Shown: positions 1 to 14,131 of the stretch, piece by piece
Position numbering within the stretch: position 1 is the stretch's first letter
Layout of the letters: the number at the start of each line of letters is the position of its first letter
NCBI GenBank assembly: GCA_051362555.1
Contig: CM120649.1
Location: 2,108,001-2,172,000 of the forward strand
DNA from: Lingula anatina
Taxonomy: Eukaryota; Animalia; Brachiopoda
Length of the DNA stretch: 64,000 bases
Direction: 5' to 3'
Notes under the pieces: model-generated
Told to the model about the DNA's origin: nothing
Seen by the model: only the letters and a program-made list of their open reading frames with translations
Databases searched by the model: none
Program-made: the position numbers and the translations under genes

Positions 1-535
1 CTGCTTTGAATGTATTTATTATGTATATCTTTATTGTAGAAATAAATCTGTTAAAAAAATCGCACAAAGAGCGTGGTGGCTGTGGAGGTTGCTCAATGCA
101 TATGGAAGCAGAGAGGACGTACATGCATCGCTTTGGTTGCACAATGAAAGCTCAATGATCGTCCAGTTGTTGGCACGCAAATTATTATTTTTTAACTTTC
201 AGATGAGGTTGTGCTCGGGTATTTTTTTTTTTTACCATGGAAGAAAATCTACGGGTTACAGCAACTTGAGGTCTCATATCGTCCTCCAATAAGTATTTCT
301 TTTCTAAAATCCTGAACCGATCAAAATTAGTATTTTGCTTTTTTTCACGATGCAGTTAATTGGGCAGTTTTTTTTTTTTTTTTTTGCAGAATGCGTATTC
401 TTCTTTTGAAAATATTGTAACAATAGTAATCTGACCTATTACCAATCCATGCAGACCATGCATTACTGTAGTTTGAAAAATAAGTTTATTCTGAATTATT
501 TGTTTTGTTTTCTGGAGACGTTTGTAATTAGGTTA

Positions 536-1499
536 GGCCACACTTTTTTATTTTTATGGATGACATCCTCTGGGTACCCCAAAATCGGTGCGCGAGGGCG
601 AAAAAAAAAAGTCCAAAAAAAATACTGCTTAAGTAAAGGAATGCTGTCAGTACACAGCTGGAAACACAAATTTTACCACAGAAACACGTATCAATCTAAC
701 AATATGTCTTTATCCATGCTCTAAAAATATTAAAGCAATGTGAATACTTCGTAGATATGTAAAAAAGTCATGAATAGATATACTTCATATTACCAAATCT
801 ATTTAAGGTTATTTCATGAATTCAGTTGGTATAGCAATCAATAAAACAAATATCAATCAAACAGTGTGTCTTTATTTGTATTCTCAGAATATTAAAGCAT
901 TTTGAACACTTCACAGAAATGTTTAAAAAATGATGCAAAGATATGCTTAATACTGCCAAATCTATTAAAGGTCAATTCGGACGATGCCATTTTGTCTACT
1001 TCAACTCACACGAAGCAGCCAAACTGTCAGGTGGCCTGTCCCACCTTCAGCCCACCAAATACCTCGACGCCCTTGTCGTCCCTTTTTTCGCTACAGAAAA
1101 CCTGGTATAAATGTGCAGCTTTGTACAGAATGTCACAGAAATTTTTCGGCGGCCGCCAGCCTTTCGCACAATTGTAAAAAGGTGATATCTCCATGCCAAA
1201 TATCAATGGCATACCAATCCAAAACGATGGCGCCCGTTCTCTTTATTACTTTAATTGTTGAGTTATTTGAAAGTAATCCTAGAGATGAATTTGACGGCAA
1301 AGTGGATGCATTTCCATGTAGCGAAAATACACATGCGCAGAAAGCTCATTTCCTGGCAAATTCAATAACGACATTTGCCACAACCGACTTTGTTGGGGGC
1401 TGGGGGGGGGGGGGGGCTTTTTTTTTTTTTTTTTTTGGAGAACGGGCGAAAATCGGTGCGCGCGCAGGATGTCATCCATAAATTTTAAAAAGTGTGGCC
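536..1499. mobile_element. Non-autonomous PIF/Harbinger-like DNA transposon (MITE), copy 1
   Basis: Terminal inverted repeats GGCCACACTTTTT..ATGGATGACATCCT / AGGATGTCATCCAT..AAAAAGTGTGGCC, flanked by a TTA 3-bp TSD (533-535, 1500-1502). A related copy lies in inverted orientation at 42097-43009. Confidence 0.85.
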
Positions 1500-2049
1500 T
1501 TACCGGATTAGAATTGATGAAAGCATATTTAAAGTCAGAATATGTCACAGGACGCCAAATCAACCCCCATCGGTCTTGCAGGAGGCAGAAAGATCGTAGA
1601 ATGGTCATTACTGATGTACGATAAAGGTGCCTTTGTGTACAATGAACGCAAAAAGGATGCACAACTGTAGCTCAAACATCGCAATGGACGCCGTGGCTTC
1701 CTCATGAGACAGACAGACAGACCGCTCAGAGGACGCTTAGGTCGCTCAGACGTCTCTCGCAGGTTATAGTAGGCTTGTTAAGGGGTCAAACGCTGCATTT
1801 TATAGTACAAATGTCTAACTTGGCATAAATGTTTCTTGGGCCAAAAAAATTTTTTTTCATCCAAAGAGACATGCTCTATCGATGCATAAATTAGCATAAA
1901 GTATGCAAATTAGGTGCCAAAATATATAACATTATAACATATTAACAAGTAAAAACTACATTCAGTCCTTCAACGGACGCACAAGGGAGGCCAACGCAGA
2001 TTGGACGCCGTCCAAACCAGTGTAAAGGGAGCTTTGCGTACTGTTGTTC

Positions 2050-4680
2050 CAGTTATACATCTTTTACGGATATGAATAAAAGGTATTGCTCTACTTCACG
2101 GTCATTTAAGCTGTAAAATCCGACAGAATTAAATATTTCCACTTCGCACCTGCTTCTTAGTCGATTAAGAACTTGCCTCATTATTACGGATTGTATTAAT
2201 GCGACAATAAAATTCATTACACATACAGGTGATATATTTCTATATATTGGGAGAGAGTTCATGGAATAGAATAGTTAAGTCTGTGTTTATAGTGTTATTT
2301 TACATTGTTGTTGTAAACATGAACGCCGCTACCTAGCTCTCTCTCTCTACTTTTATTTATTTTGTGTATTTATTTACTGTATTTCAGTCTTTCGCTATTT
2401 ATTATTTCATTATTATAAATCCATTTCTTTCTTTTCACTATAGTTTCACCAGTAACACAATCACTACGAGTTATTACATTCAACGACATTAAAGTGCGTG
2501 ATCAATAAAGGCAGGACTGAAAACAAATGTTCTGAGTTTTTTATTATTCTCAGGTCAGCGTCAGGTAACAGAACCTGGCAATAGGCCTAAAACAACACCT
2601 CCTCTACGGAGAAATAAAAATTGTTTTAACAAACATCAAACGCATATGGCAGGAAATTGTAAGTAGTAATCGTCTAGTAATTGAGTAGTGAACAGAAATT
2701 TAGTTTGTGAACGAGATTGATTTATGAGAAGTTACTTGTTAACGCACTTTTAAGCTGAAGGCGGTGGGCGGCTAGGTAGGCACTTCCTGAACAGAAATCC
2801 ACTGACAAGCTTTAAATGAGAATGGCTAGTAGCACAGTCTGCACCTGTGGTAGGCCAAGAAGTTGTATAGACTTCTTTGGTAGGCCTAGTGGAGAGTAAA
2901 ATCTTAAAGGACAGCGTCACTTTCTTGGGCCTTAGAATAAATAATTGATGATTTCTAGGCATTCGTAGTCAATTTTTCTGCGCATTTTGATAATTAAGGG
3001 TTAAAGATAAAAAAGACAGTCAAAAGTTTATTGACAGCGCCCTGCATCCGGGCGTGATCGAATACAAATACATGAATTAGTTCACAGAGTCATTTCCAGT
3101 TATAGCTGCAATAATCTCTTTGAGCGGCGACTGTATATAAACAGGGCCGGTAGATGAATTTCATTTTTTAAATTCAACTATGGTTTTAACCATAGAAACT
3201 GTTTATTCAAATACAAAGTGAAGGTGATTCAAAATCTGAAAAGGCAAGCTCTTATTTAGTGTAGTTAACGAATGACTTAGGTTGGAAAAAGGTTTTTGAA
3301 CAGAATCTGGCCCAATTATGGATCAATATAACCCAAAACATTTCCCACCGAAGTCCACCCATGGCAAAGTGCCAAAATTACAAAATGGCTGCCAGTGCAG
3401 AAGGGAAGATAATAAGTGGGCATCTCATGAAAACTGGGAAACTATCATTTCTAATGTTCAAAGGCATGGCTATTCATTTGCAAAAAGTTTGGAATTCATC
3501 AGGGTTGAAGGACATGTCTAAATTTAAAAGTCAATCTCAAAAAGGGAAAATAGCATAAAGTACAACAACTTTCTTTATTCTTTCTAAAATTCCATTTTTA
3601 ATGAATTTTCTAGCTGCTATTTAGAACCACATACAAGAGACCATCTTTATAAGTCAAATTTAGTAAGTTTTGTGATCCCAAAAACACATACCAAGCTACT
3701 TAAAATACCTGTATGCCTTGATGGCCAAATCTCTTAATGAGGTGTAAATTGAAAAGTTTTAACTTAAAGGGCAACACTTTTAGGTGATAAAGGTCATATA
3801 TGCCAGGCTCTATCTTAATAATGGCTTGAAATGTAAGTACATCATTTGCAAAACTTTAATTTGCGAGGAATGCACACTTAAAACAGATTTATGTCTTCAA
3901 ACACGTGACAAGATTGAAAAAAGTATATACTGATACAGATGTGAGACAATTTTACACTCAGGCATGCAAAAATATGCCTGTAAGCAGAAACACATGCACG
4001 TTAAAATAGCTTCCGCTGTCAGTTATCCCAGCGGCAATTACAAGGCAACATGCAGGACCATGCTGTTATCTGCACTGATTGTCCCATTAATGCCCCTATT
4101 TCGCACAGACCACGAATCCCACGATTCGCCAGGAATTGACAACTTTCAGTATTCGTGGTTGAATCGTAATCAGTTCGTGAAGTTCTTAACAGATTCGTAT
4201 ATATTCGTAGTCAGTTCTTGCAATTCTTGAACAATCGGGAATTCGTGGCCAAAATTTTGAGCTGTTCAAAATTTTGGCCACGAACTCCCGATTAAAAAAA
4301 ATCGTAGTTAATTCGTAGCAAATTCGTATTTCATTCTTAGGCATCGTAACATCGTAACTGAATCATAATCGATTCGTAGGCATTCGTATGTATTCTTAAC
4401 TCATTCGGGGATTCGTGAATCCCTGGATTTACCTCGAATCGGATAGGAATCAGTCACGAATCCCACGAATATTCGCCGAAGCGGAAATACAACGAAATGT
4501 CAAGAATAGTCCTGAAATCACTTTTATTTGTACCCAATTCAGGCATGCTTAACTGATTCCATATTGATTTGAAACGTTCATGCAGTATTCGTAATAGATT
4601 CTTGTAAATCCTAGTGAGTTCTTGACAATTTTCGTGCGATTCCAGCCGAATCCCATGAATACTCGTAACACTATCGCAAC
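2050..4680 (+). repeat. Local segmental duplication, unit 1 (paralogous to ~8370-11455 and in part to ~22100-22550)
   Basis: Colinear shared blocks: 2540-3015 ~ 9670-9960 ~ 22100-22550; 3230-4680 ~ 9975-11455. ORFs 3964..4230 and 10738..11004 are near-identical. Boundaries are approximate. Confidence 0.85.
4091..4678. mobile_element. Truncated copy of the MITE at 10865-11582
   Basis: Same left TIR TGCCCCTATTTCGCACAGACCACGAATC, preceded by TAA, and the same internal CGAAT/ATTCG repeats; the right end is missing. Confidence 0.8.
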
Positions 4681-5769
4681 AAAATAAGAACAAGCCTTGG
4701 CAGGTTGAATAATATGTAGTATATGGAAAAGATGTTAAAATTACTACCCTTGAAGCAAATGGGGTGACCCAGAAAAAAAGGCCTATGTATTTTTAAAATC
4801 AGAAAAACAATTCTTGCTCTGGTAAAACAACATTTACACATTACCAAAATTTATTATAAAATGTTGGCATTAGCAGTGTCAATTCCATTGATTTTGGATG
4901 AACATGTTAATGGCAAAATGCTCTGTACATCATAATAAAAATCTATAATAAATATCAATCTAAAACAATGAAAAAATCACAATGGATTCAAATTCAATTA
5001 GAAAATGGATAAATCAAGCACATTTAAAGCAAAAATCTGTATTTTATCTGTTTTACCTGTTGAGCATAATAAAAATTTGATGTTGAATTTGCAGTTAAGC
5101 ATAATGGACTTTGGCATCAGAATTGGCAGTAGCCTATTTTGTGCATTGTTATTGTCTGCTTTTTGTCTGTACATTTGACAGCTTTGCTGCCTTGTTTTTT
5201 AATTGCTGTAGATATAATTCCCTGTCATAAGTCTGTAAAGTAACTTCATAAATTGGCAATAACATAGGTTATATTGTTTAACCTTACATGAACGACTGTC
5301 CTCTTATACCCCTTAAAGGATTTGCGTCATGCCGTCAGAATGGCCTGAACGGAACATATTCTTCAGAAAACATGCCCAACTAACGGTATCTTTATTCAAA
5401 TACACAAATTAAAAGCTCATTTTGTAAATTTTTGGCTTTAAAAAACGTCCTGAGAGTTAATGAGCTACGTGGTCATGTGGTCCGATGACGACAATCGTGC
5501 CACCGGAGAACAGAGCGTGCTTAGCTGTCAAACTGAGCTGCATTGTCTACCTGTAAGATGACTTCTCTGGCTTCTGATAAAAGTTTATACTCGTTCAAAT
5601 CTCTTACCCGAGGGGTCTTAATCCTCGTGGGGCTGTGTAAAACCATTTCCCGTCTAGTCAATTCTTTAACAAGCATTTAATTATGGTTATCCCAAGTTGT
5701 ATAAAACACTGCATTTGAATGAGTTAAGGGTACTGTTGATTATTGGATATGAGTTCCATGTTATCTGTG

Positions 5770-6446
5770 AAATTCAATTAATGTTATAAAACCGCTGACA
5801 CTCCGTCTTGCATACTTTTATTAAACTAAGGTAAACAATGCCCGTTATCCTTACAAGTCATATCTTAATCATCCATCTTACTGCAACTTCCTTTACCTCT
5901 TAATTAGAGGGTGAAATGGCATTCAATTTGTCTTGTTTGTATCGAACGCACTCTAAGCTTTACTCCAGTTATCTCAGGTAAAAAATCTACCTGTGCGTTA
6001 ATTTCAAAGAGCAGCTCCCGTAGACCTGAGGGTACTAGATAAAATCTGAACACCAAATTTATCGAGGAGTTAGAGAAAGAAAGGAAGAATTTTTCCTGCA
6101 CAGCTTCATAGGAATATAAACACGGACTTGATCCAGCTTAGACCTCCAAACTAACAGGGTGACATGGGCAATTTTCACAAACAAATCATAAAACTATATT
6201 AGCCGCCTTTAAAATAAATATACCGTTCTGGGTAAATTAGAACATTATTAAATCGCGATAATATTTTTGACTTAAATGATGATTTTATTATTTATATTTA
6301 TATTTGGAAATTAAGCTACTATATGAGGTATATTTGCTGTGATTACGCTGTCCTTCATGTTTTGCGTAAGTCTACATTTTGCTGTACGTGCTTGTAATTT
6401 TCTAAAATCTGTGCGTACAGTTTTTGCAGGTCTGGTTACGCCCCTG
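5770..6446 (-). mobile_element. Partial copy of the CAGGGGCGTAAC-TIR non-autonomous DNA transposon family
   Basis: The reverse complement matches 23689-24460 (terminus GGTTACGCCCCTG; ORF 5904..6101 resembles ORF 24151..24351). Confidence 0.75.
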
Positions 6447-8369
6447 TTACGTGCTGAGAGTCTATTTGGCAATTAGTTCCTTAGGTTATTTAAATAGAAT
6501 TACAGTGTAAAATTTTCAACAAGATGTTGGCGAAACAGCCCTTTACTCTGTGTAGATATTTCCCCCGTCAAAGTTTGTCTGAAATTATCTTTCAATCTTT
6601 ACTCTTTCAAAGACAGTATAAAGTTATCTGACATATTTTCGTGTATACTTAATGACAAGCCAAGTGTCTCCAGTTCATTCCGTACTCAATTTTACACAAG
6701 CAAATTTTTTCTTGGGTAGACCTTTATAGCACGGTGTTATAAGCTTACAAATTTGCAAAAAGTTTTGCGTACAGACGCAGAATTTGCGTTTCAAGTTACA
6801 AAATGATCAATCTTTTAACTTATTTAATATTTCAGATGAAATAATCTTCAGAAACAAATCCTCAAAGCATAAACGAATTAGGATTACGAACCATTTTATT
6901 ACAGCAGTTCCCATTTTTTCTTTAATATAACGCTCTTTTTCCTGTTTTCCTCAACACGTTTTCTTCCACGGAAGTATAGCCTGGGTATATGCATGCTTCA
7001 AGATATCCTGAGAGCAATTCCTTTTATTAATGTTCGCGGCCGTGTTTGAACTTAATTGTTTAAATATTGATTTTTAACGTCATTTACAAATACCAATAAA
7101 ATAACCCCATGAAATAAATGAGATATATTGAAAAATATAAAGGCCCACCAAGACGAGTTTCACACCTGTTATTACCTGGTTTAGGAATTGCAGCGGTGCA
7201 AAATTAAGAGGTTTTATTGTTAACGAGCTCTTGGTCAAATACAATGCATTTAAAAATGCATCAGCAATTAGTAAGCTTGCCAACTGATGACAGCATCTAA
7301 AAGACTATCAGCTTTTGATATGATCTAAAACACCTGAGTAGACTGAGATCGCAAGCATCGTCACCGAAGTTAGTAATTTAGTCATGCACGGAAGACCGTC
7401 ACAGACAAAGAAAGATAGTCAAGGAGTGCTGAAATTTTGGTGAATCCCACGGCAACACAGTGAGGCATAAAGAAAATTGCTCAACTCCGTTCAACACAAC
7501 TTTCCAAAATTATTCTGTCTGTTTGCACCATGCAGCTGAATTAAGTCTCATTGACCTTTATCCTCATTGTCGTCACACCGCGTGTTGCTTCATTTATGCA
7601 TATTGAGGTGAGGTTTACTAAAACGCTTTTTTACTACTAACAGATTGTTTTTATAATTTTTAAATGGCGGGAATCGATTAAAATATACCTCTAGTGTATA
7701 GATTGAGTGCTGAATCTTCAAAATTCGAGAAATGGATTTTTATATGACCATTCTCCTTTAAACTTAAAGTTGGATTACACACAAAGTTCCTGTAATGAAG
7801 CACAATCTTAATAAAAACAATGTGCTTACTTTAATACTTACGTATCATGTAAAATCTAATGCTACGGAGGCGATTGTGCTTGTTGCACCCTACTAAAACA
7901 TTCAACTTTTAGCACACGTGTTTCAAAGCTCACCTTAAGTGCCTCTTTAAGTTTCTTTAAATGTAAATCCTACACTTTATAGACAGACACGACTGGGTGA
8001 CATTAATGCGAACCTAAGGATGTGCAATGTCCGCAGACGCAATTTAATTATGACTTAACAAGGTATATATGTATTAATCAATTTTTATATTCTGAAATAA
8101 AATTTTGTTGCTCATTTATTTTCATCAGCAACGATATACAATAAGCAGGCTTTTCTTCAATTGCTTTCTGGACACTGAAGGTCATGACAATCTGGAGCAT
8201 AAGGCCTAATAAGAGCTAGCATGGAATTTCAGTTTTATTTTAGCGCATGTTCACTGAAAATCCTAAGATAAACGGTTGTAAGATGGGCGGCAGGGTACTT
8301 CCATTTTAACCTAGATCGAGACTGTAACATTGATACCATGGTTACTCTAGTGAGACGCCATCCTTTTTA

Positions 8370-11300
8370 GGTACCAGTTTTACATCTTTTACGGATATTC
8401 TTCTTAATGAATATTAGTGTTAGTAATGATTTAGAAACACTAGGCAAGATCCATTATTACCACTCCACAACTATCGATTTAGAAAAAGGTCGAAGTGCTA
8501 CATAATATATAACTTCAATTGTATGAGAGCGTCAATAAAATTCAATTCTTTGCAAGGCTTTTGTTTACGTGTACACGACTCGCTAGCTTTCTCTTTTTTT
8601 CTTCTGTGTCTGCATTTATTGTATCCCTATCTTTTGTAATTTATTATTTCATTGTTATAAATGCATGCCTTCCTTTTCACTTCAGTTTCACTAGCAACAC
8701 AAGAACGACTAGTCATTATATTCCACTGCATTAAAGTGCATGATCAATAAAGGCGTAATTTAAAAGACAGGTTTTGGGTCATTTTGAGATTCTGTATGCC
8801 AAGAACAACTCGCATGGCCCAACTGATTGGCAGCCGGCGGGTCTCAGTTGGCCAATAGACCTACCACATTGACGATGTACTATGATATCAGCAGGGGCGG
8901 ATTTAGGCCGTCTTCTAAGACTTCCGGAAGACGATCAGGGCTCCGTATCTCGAAAGGTTCGCTATGTTGCGCACGTGCACAAGTGTCTCTATTCCATAAC
9001 CGATTCTATTTCGAGATACGGGGCCATGGAATCGAGACGCTTGCGCACCTGCGCAACATAGCGAACATTTCGAGATACGGAGCCACGATTTTCAAGTTTA
9101 CATTGACGGTTATCGATTTTTTAGGTCAAAATGGACGATGGAGCAACAAAAACAATTTAGAAGACTCAGAAATGATATCTCTGGATCCGCCCTGATAGCA
9201 TCTGGAAAGTCACTTAATTTAAAATACATCAATTGTAGTCCCAGATTTCGATTTTAAAAAAATCAAAGACGGACTTTGCATCATGTTTTCGTTAAATGCA
9301 TGTACTTCAGATTTTGCAGCACTATCTTTGACTATCCGTATGCCTGCCTATGTTGCCATTCCAATCGAATAAATTTGAATGTAGAGGTTTAATCAATAAA
9401 GCTTTAGTCAATAAAACATCCCATTCCCTACCCTAGATAGCAAAAACTGATTTTTGTCGTTACATGTATTTGCATGAATATAGTCGTGATATTTGAAGTT
9501 AACAATTAACTTTTCTTCGGTTGAAGAAGGAACTGCTTTAAGCCCAGTATTGTTAAGTTTAGTTATATATATATTTAGTTTTTTATGTTATTTTATTCTA
9601 AATCAAGATCTAACTGTTTACTTGCTAGGGTTCTATCGACTTTTCAGCTTCGTGCGGACGTCAATATATTCTTTATTCTCAGGCTAGCGGCAGGTAATAA
9701 AACCTCCATTAAGAAGAAAGAGAAACTGTTAACAGGCATCTACACGGATAGTGTCATCGCAGGGAAAAGTAAGTAGTAATCGTCTAGTAGTTGAGTAGTG
9801 AACAGAAAGTTTCATGTAGTTTGTGGCCAAGAATGATATTTGGGCAGTTACTTGTTAACGCACTTTAAGCTGGAGGCGGTAGGGGGCAAGGTAGGCCGCA
9901 CTTAACAGAAATCCATATGCAAGTTTTTGATGAAATGGCTACATCACACGGTCTGTGGTAGGCTTAAGGGATGGTAAAATCTGAAAGTGCAAACTTATTT
10001 ATTTTAGTGCAGTTAACGAATTACTTACGTTTGAAAAATGTTAACACAGGTTTCACACTAGAATCCGGTCCAATTATTGGCCAATTTAAGAGAAAAAAAT
10101 TTCCACCGGAATCCACCCATGGCAAAGTGCCAAAAATACAAAATGGGAGGGTATCTTTTCTAATGCTCAAATGGTTTGGCTATTCATTTGAAAAAAGTTT
10201 GGAAGTCATCACAGTTCAAAGCAATACCTAAATTTAAGTGTCAATCTCGAAAAAAAGAACAAAATAGCTTAAACTACAACAACTTTTTTATTCTTTCAAA
10301 AATCAACATTTTTATAATTTTTCTAGCAATTATTAGGAACTACATACAAGAGACCACATTTATAAATGTTAAACATAACTGACCTAGTGTAAAATAATTA
10401 ATGTCAAGGTCAAATTTAGTAAGTTTTGTGCTCCCAAAAACACATGCCAAGCCACTTAAAATATGCAATGATGTCCAAATCTCTTAATTATGTTTAAATT
10501 GAAAACAAGGAACTTAAAGGTCAACACTTTTAGAAGGTAAAGGTCACATATGTATATCAGGCTCTATCTTAATAATGGCTTGAAATGTAAGTACATTATT
10601 TGCAAAACTTAAATTTTCTAGGAATGCACACTTAAAACAGTTTTATGTCTTCTTTTAGTGAAAAAATGTCACAAACACGTGACAAGATTGAAAAAAGTAT
10701 ATACTGATACAGATGTGAGACAATTTAACGCTCAGGCATGCAAAAATATGCCTGTGAGCAGAAACACATGCACGTTAAAATTGCTTCCGCTGTCAGTTAT
10801 CCCAGCGGCAATTACAAGGCAACATACGGGACCATGCTGTTATCTGCACTGATTGCCCCCTTTATGCCCCTATTTCGCACAGACCACGAATCCCACGATT
10901 CGCCAGGAATTGACAACTTTCAGTATTCGTGGTTGAATCGTAATCAGTTCGTGAAGTTCTTAACAGATTCGTATATATTCGTAGTCAGTTCTTGCAATTC
11001 TTGATCAATCGGGGATTCGTGACAAAAATTTTGAGCTGTTCAAAATTTTGGCCACGAACTCCCGATTAAAAAAAATCGTAGTTAATTCGTAGCAAATTCG
11101 TATTTCATTCTTAGGCATCGTAACATCGTAACTGAATCGAAATAGATTCGTAGGCATTCGTATGTATTCTTAACTCATTCGGGGATTCTTGAATCCCTGG
11201 ATTTACCACGAATCGGATAGGAATCAATCACGAATCCCACGAATATTCGCCGAAGCGGAAATACAACGAAAGGTCAAGAATAGTCCAGAAATCACTTTTA

Positions 11301-11455
11301 TTTGTACCCAATTCGTGCATGCAATAAGCGTATGCTTAACTGATTTCTTATTGATTTTTAACGTTCATGCAATATTCGTAATAGATTCTTTTAAATCGTA
11401 GTTACTTTTTGACAATTTTCGTGCGAATCCCACGAATACTCGTAACACTATCGCA
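8370..11455 (+). repeat. Local segmental duplication, unit 2
   Basis: Colinear similarity to 2050-4680, interrupted by MITE insertions at ~8890-9200. Confidence 0.8.
8892..9194. mobile_element. Small TIR element (CAGGGGCGGAT...ATCCGCCCTG) with a nested ~145-bp foldback (8939-9084)
   Basis: Short terminal inverted repeats; internal arms GGCTCCGTATCTCGAAA..GTTCGCTATGTTGCGCA and TGCGCAACATAGCGAAC..TTTCGAGATACGGAGCC. Similar outer termini occur at 21621-21866. Confidence 0.65.
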
Positions 11456-11582
11456 CCTGTATATTAACTGAATCGTAGAGCGTATCGAATTAGGCCAGAA
11501 AATTTGCAAAATCTCACAAATCCTCACGAATCCTGAAATTTGTCAATTCCTGGCGATTCGTGGTCTGTGTGAAATAGGGGCA
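10865..11582. mobile_element. Complete MITE, probably PIF/Harbinger-like
   Basis: TIRs TGCCCCTATTTCGCACAGACCACGAATC / GATTCGTGGTCTGTGTGAAATAGGGGCA with TWA flanks (TTA left, TAA right; the paralog at 4091 has TAA on the left). Confidence 0.8.
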
Positions 11583-12380
11583 TAAGTTAACAGCGCCAGG
11601 GAGAATCGTATACTCTACCAGATATGTAGTTAGGACAGAGCATTTCAGCAATGTCTATTATTTAGTGGCAACAACCTGTCAAAACCCAGTTTTCTAGAGG
11701 AACATTAAATGGCTGACTCGTCAATGATGGTCCAGGGTAAGTAACACCACACAATAAATATCTTTTGACCCAACAAAGAATGAACCGCTCTTAGAATGGG
11801 TCCATCAACGTATTAACAGTCAATTGCTTCATTGGCGGCATGTCGGATTTTCTGATAAATAAAGATCTCTTCTTGAAGTTTGTTGTTTAGATGGCTCATG
11901 TATTGTGTTCAATGTAATGTTAGTGCAACATTTTCTGGAAACTGTTTTGTAAAATCAATAGCTCATGGCGGCGGTTCAACCCATTTCTAATTTGCTTTTC
12001 ACTACTGTGGCAAACGTATAGGAACAGGTCGATCGTAAATCAGTACTTCAGTAACACAAGAAGGGCTTTCACCACATCCTAATTATGCATCGAAAAAAAA
12101 GGGTCACACTGGCATTCTTTTTTTTTCTTCTTTTGAGGTGCTCAATTGAAAAAAAAAGGTTCAGCAAAAGAACTGTTACATGTACTTGAAGTTAAAAAAA
12201 ATAATAATTATAATTATAAATAATTAAATTAATACACTAATGGTCAGGTTGAACGTTGTTTTAAGTTTAGCCCGGAGACATATAGTCGGCCTCTGAAAAT
12301 GTCCGTACCCTTCACCTTCTAATTCGTAATTTTCATCACATAATTTTTAAGAGGCCTGATCATCTGTGAATTTGGGTATG

Positions 12381-12600
12381 CAGGGGCGTAACCAGACCTT
12401 TTAAAATTGTACGCACAGATATTCAAAATACCCAGATACAGCTAAATGTAGACTTACGCAACAGTTGAAGGACAGATAATATTATATGTGCCAAATATCA
12501 TACCTTAGTTTTCACCCGTAATAAAATCATCACTAAAAGCTAAAAATATTTCTGCGATTTAATTAAGTTATGGTATATTATTTCACCCAGAACGAATGAT
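12381..12600 (+). mobile_element. 5' fragment of the CAGGGGCGTAAC-TIR element family
   Basis: Begins CAGGGGCGTAACCAGACCTTTTAAAATTGTACGCACAGAT, as at 23689. Confidence 0.7.
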
Positions 12601-13547
12601 TTCTTCCAGGATTGGGGTTCAGGCCGTCCAAAATTGCCATCTGTTGCCATCCTTCGAAATATGAGGGCTTCCAGCTTTTCTAAGTAAAGTGCCTTTAACG
12701 GCGAGGGAGATGGGCTGTGTGAAACTAAACAGAAGTATATTTAAAAAAAAAATTAATCTCAAGGGGTAGAAAGGGTTAAACTTAATCGAAAGCGATCTCC
12801 TGCTATATTTCGCGAATGAACTGCCTTGAATGAATAAGAAAATTGCCTTCTCGTCTCGCTCAGATCGCGAACGATCTCCGGTTGACAATCTTTCGAGAAA
12901 GAAGTCCCTTAAACGAATCTGAAAACTGCCTTCTCGCTTTGCTTGGCCAAACATTTTATTTTTTGTTAAAAATACTTTTCCCGGAAAAATATTTGCAGTT
13001 TGAAAAATTTTGTTTACGCCGGTTTTCAGAAACTGCAGAGACTTGTGCTTTTATAATACGGTAAGGAACTACACCTTAGGCCTCCGTTTATCTTCGTTAG
13101 AAAAAGATCAATTAGTTCACTTTTCACATATGAAGCAGCCATTAGATGCCGAAACTGGAAATTCACTCTAGTTCTGGAATCGTTCAAGCCAGAGACATCC
13201 TGTTTGTGGTATTTTGTAGAGCTTATCAAGCTCAACACTGGCAGTGGTGTCTGTTTTTATACGGTATAGAAGTTGCACCTTTTGAAAAAATTCTAACCCT
13301 TTTACATGTGTATCTCCAATGCTGACAGAGAAATACAGATTGTTACAATTGAACTTGAATAGGAAGTCTTATATGCGCAATCTTAATTACTTATATAAAT
13401 CTACAACACCACATATGTGTACACAAAGCTCTAAATATCAACTGACTATGAATAAAGTCTATAGCGTTTATGACCTATTGCCTTCTTTCCACAGGTGTTG
13501 GTGACCTTGCACAGCAGCATAAGTACTATTAAGCTTGTGGCGGAGAT

Positions 13548-14067
13548 ATGGCTGGACTACCAATCAGTAATATTCACCCTGCCCTTGATTTGAAAATAAC
13601 CACCTTGCCATGTATGTTTCAACTTCGCATAGCAGAGAACCCATTGGCATATGCAGTGCTGGGGGCGACAGTTGGATTGGCTGGACTTTCTGCGTTTTAT
13701 CTTCTTCGGAAGGAGGACGTTAGGCGCGCCATCAGGGATGCGATAGTGGGCAACTACAACAATCAAGACCCAGTAGTTAATGATATTAACCCGGGTTCTT
13801 TGCTTGTGAATATTACATGCAAAACCAAAGAAAGTCTTCTGATGCTCGGGCGCCGATATCGTGATGGTTCTCTTGCTAAGGACCTAGAACACGGCTTAAG
13901 ATCAATCGGATACGACAAACCAATCACTGTGACTGCCGAAATAGATGGCAAACCATTTGCATTGGATAAGGTGCACCACGCACAACTACAGGTAATTTTC
14001 TGTAGAAACGTTGTAGACTATAGAAAGTTTATACAAAATCTGCTTATATTATTTATTCATGGCAGGA

Positions 14068-14131
<64 letters not shown>

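Noticed and set aside
3964-11004. Two near-identical 88-aa ORFs suggesting a gene pair
   Set aside because: They straddle a MITE boundary within a segmental duplication and have no splice or domain support.
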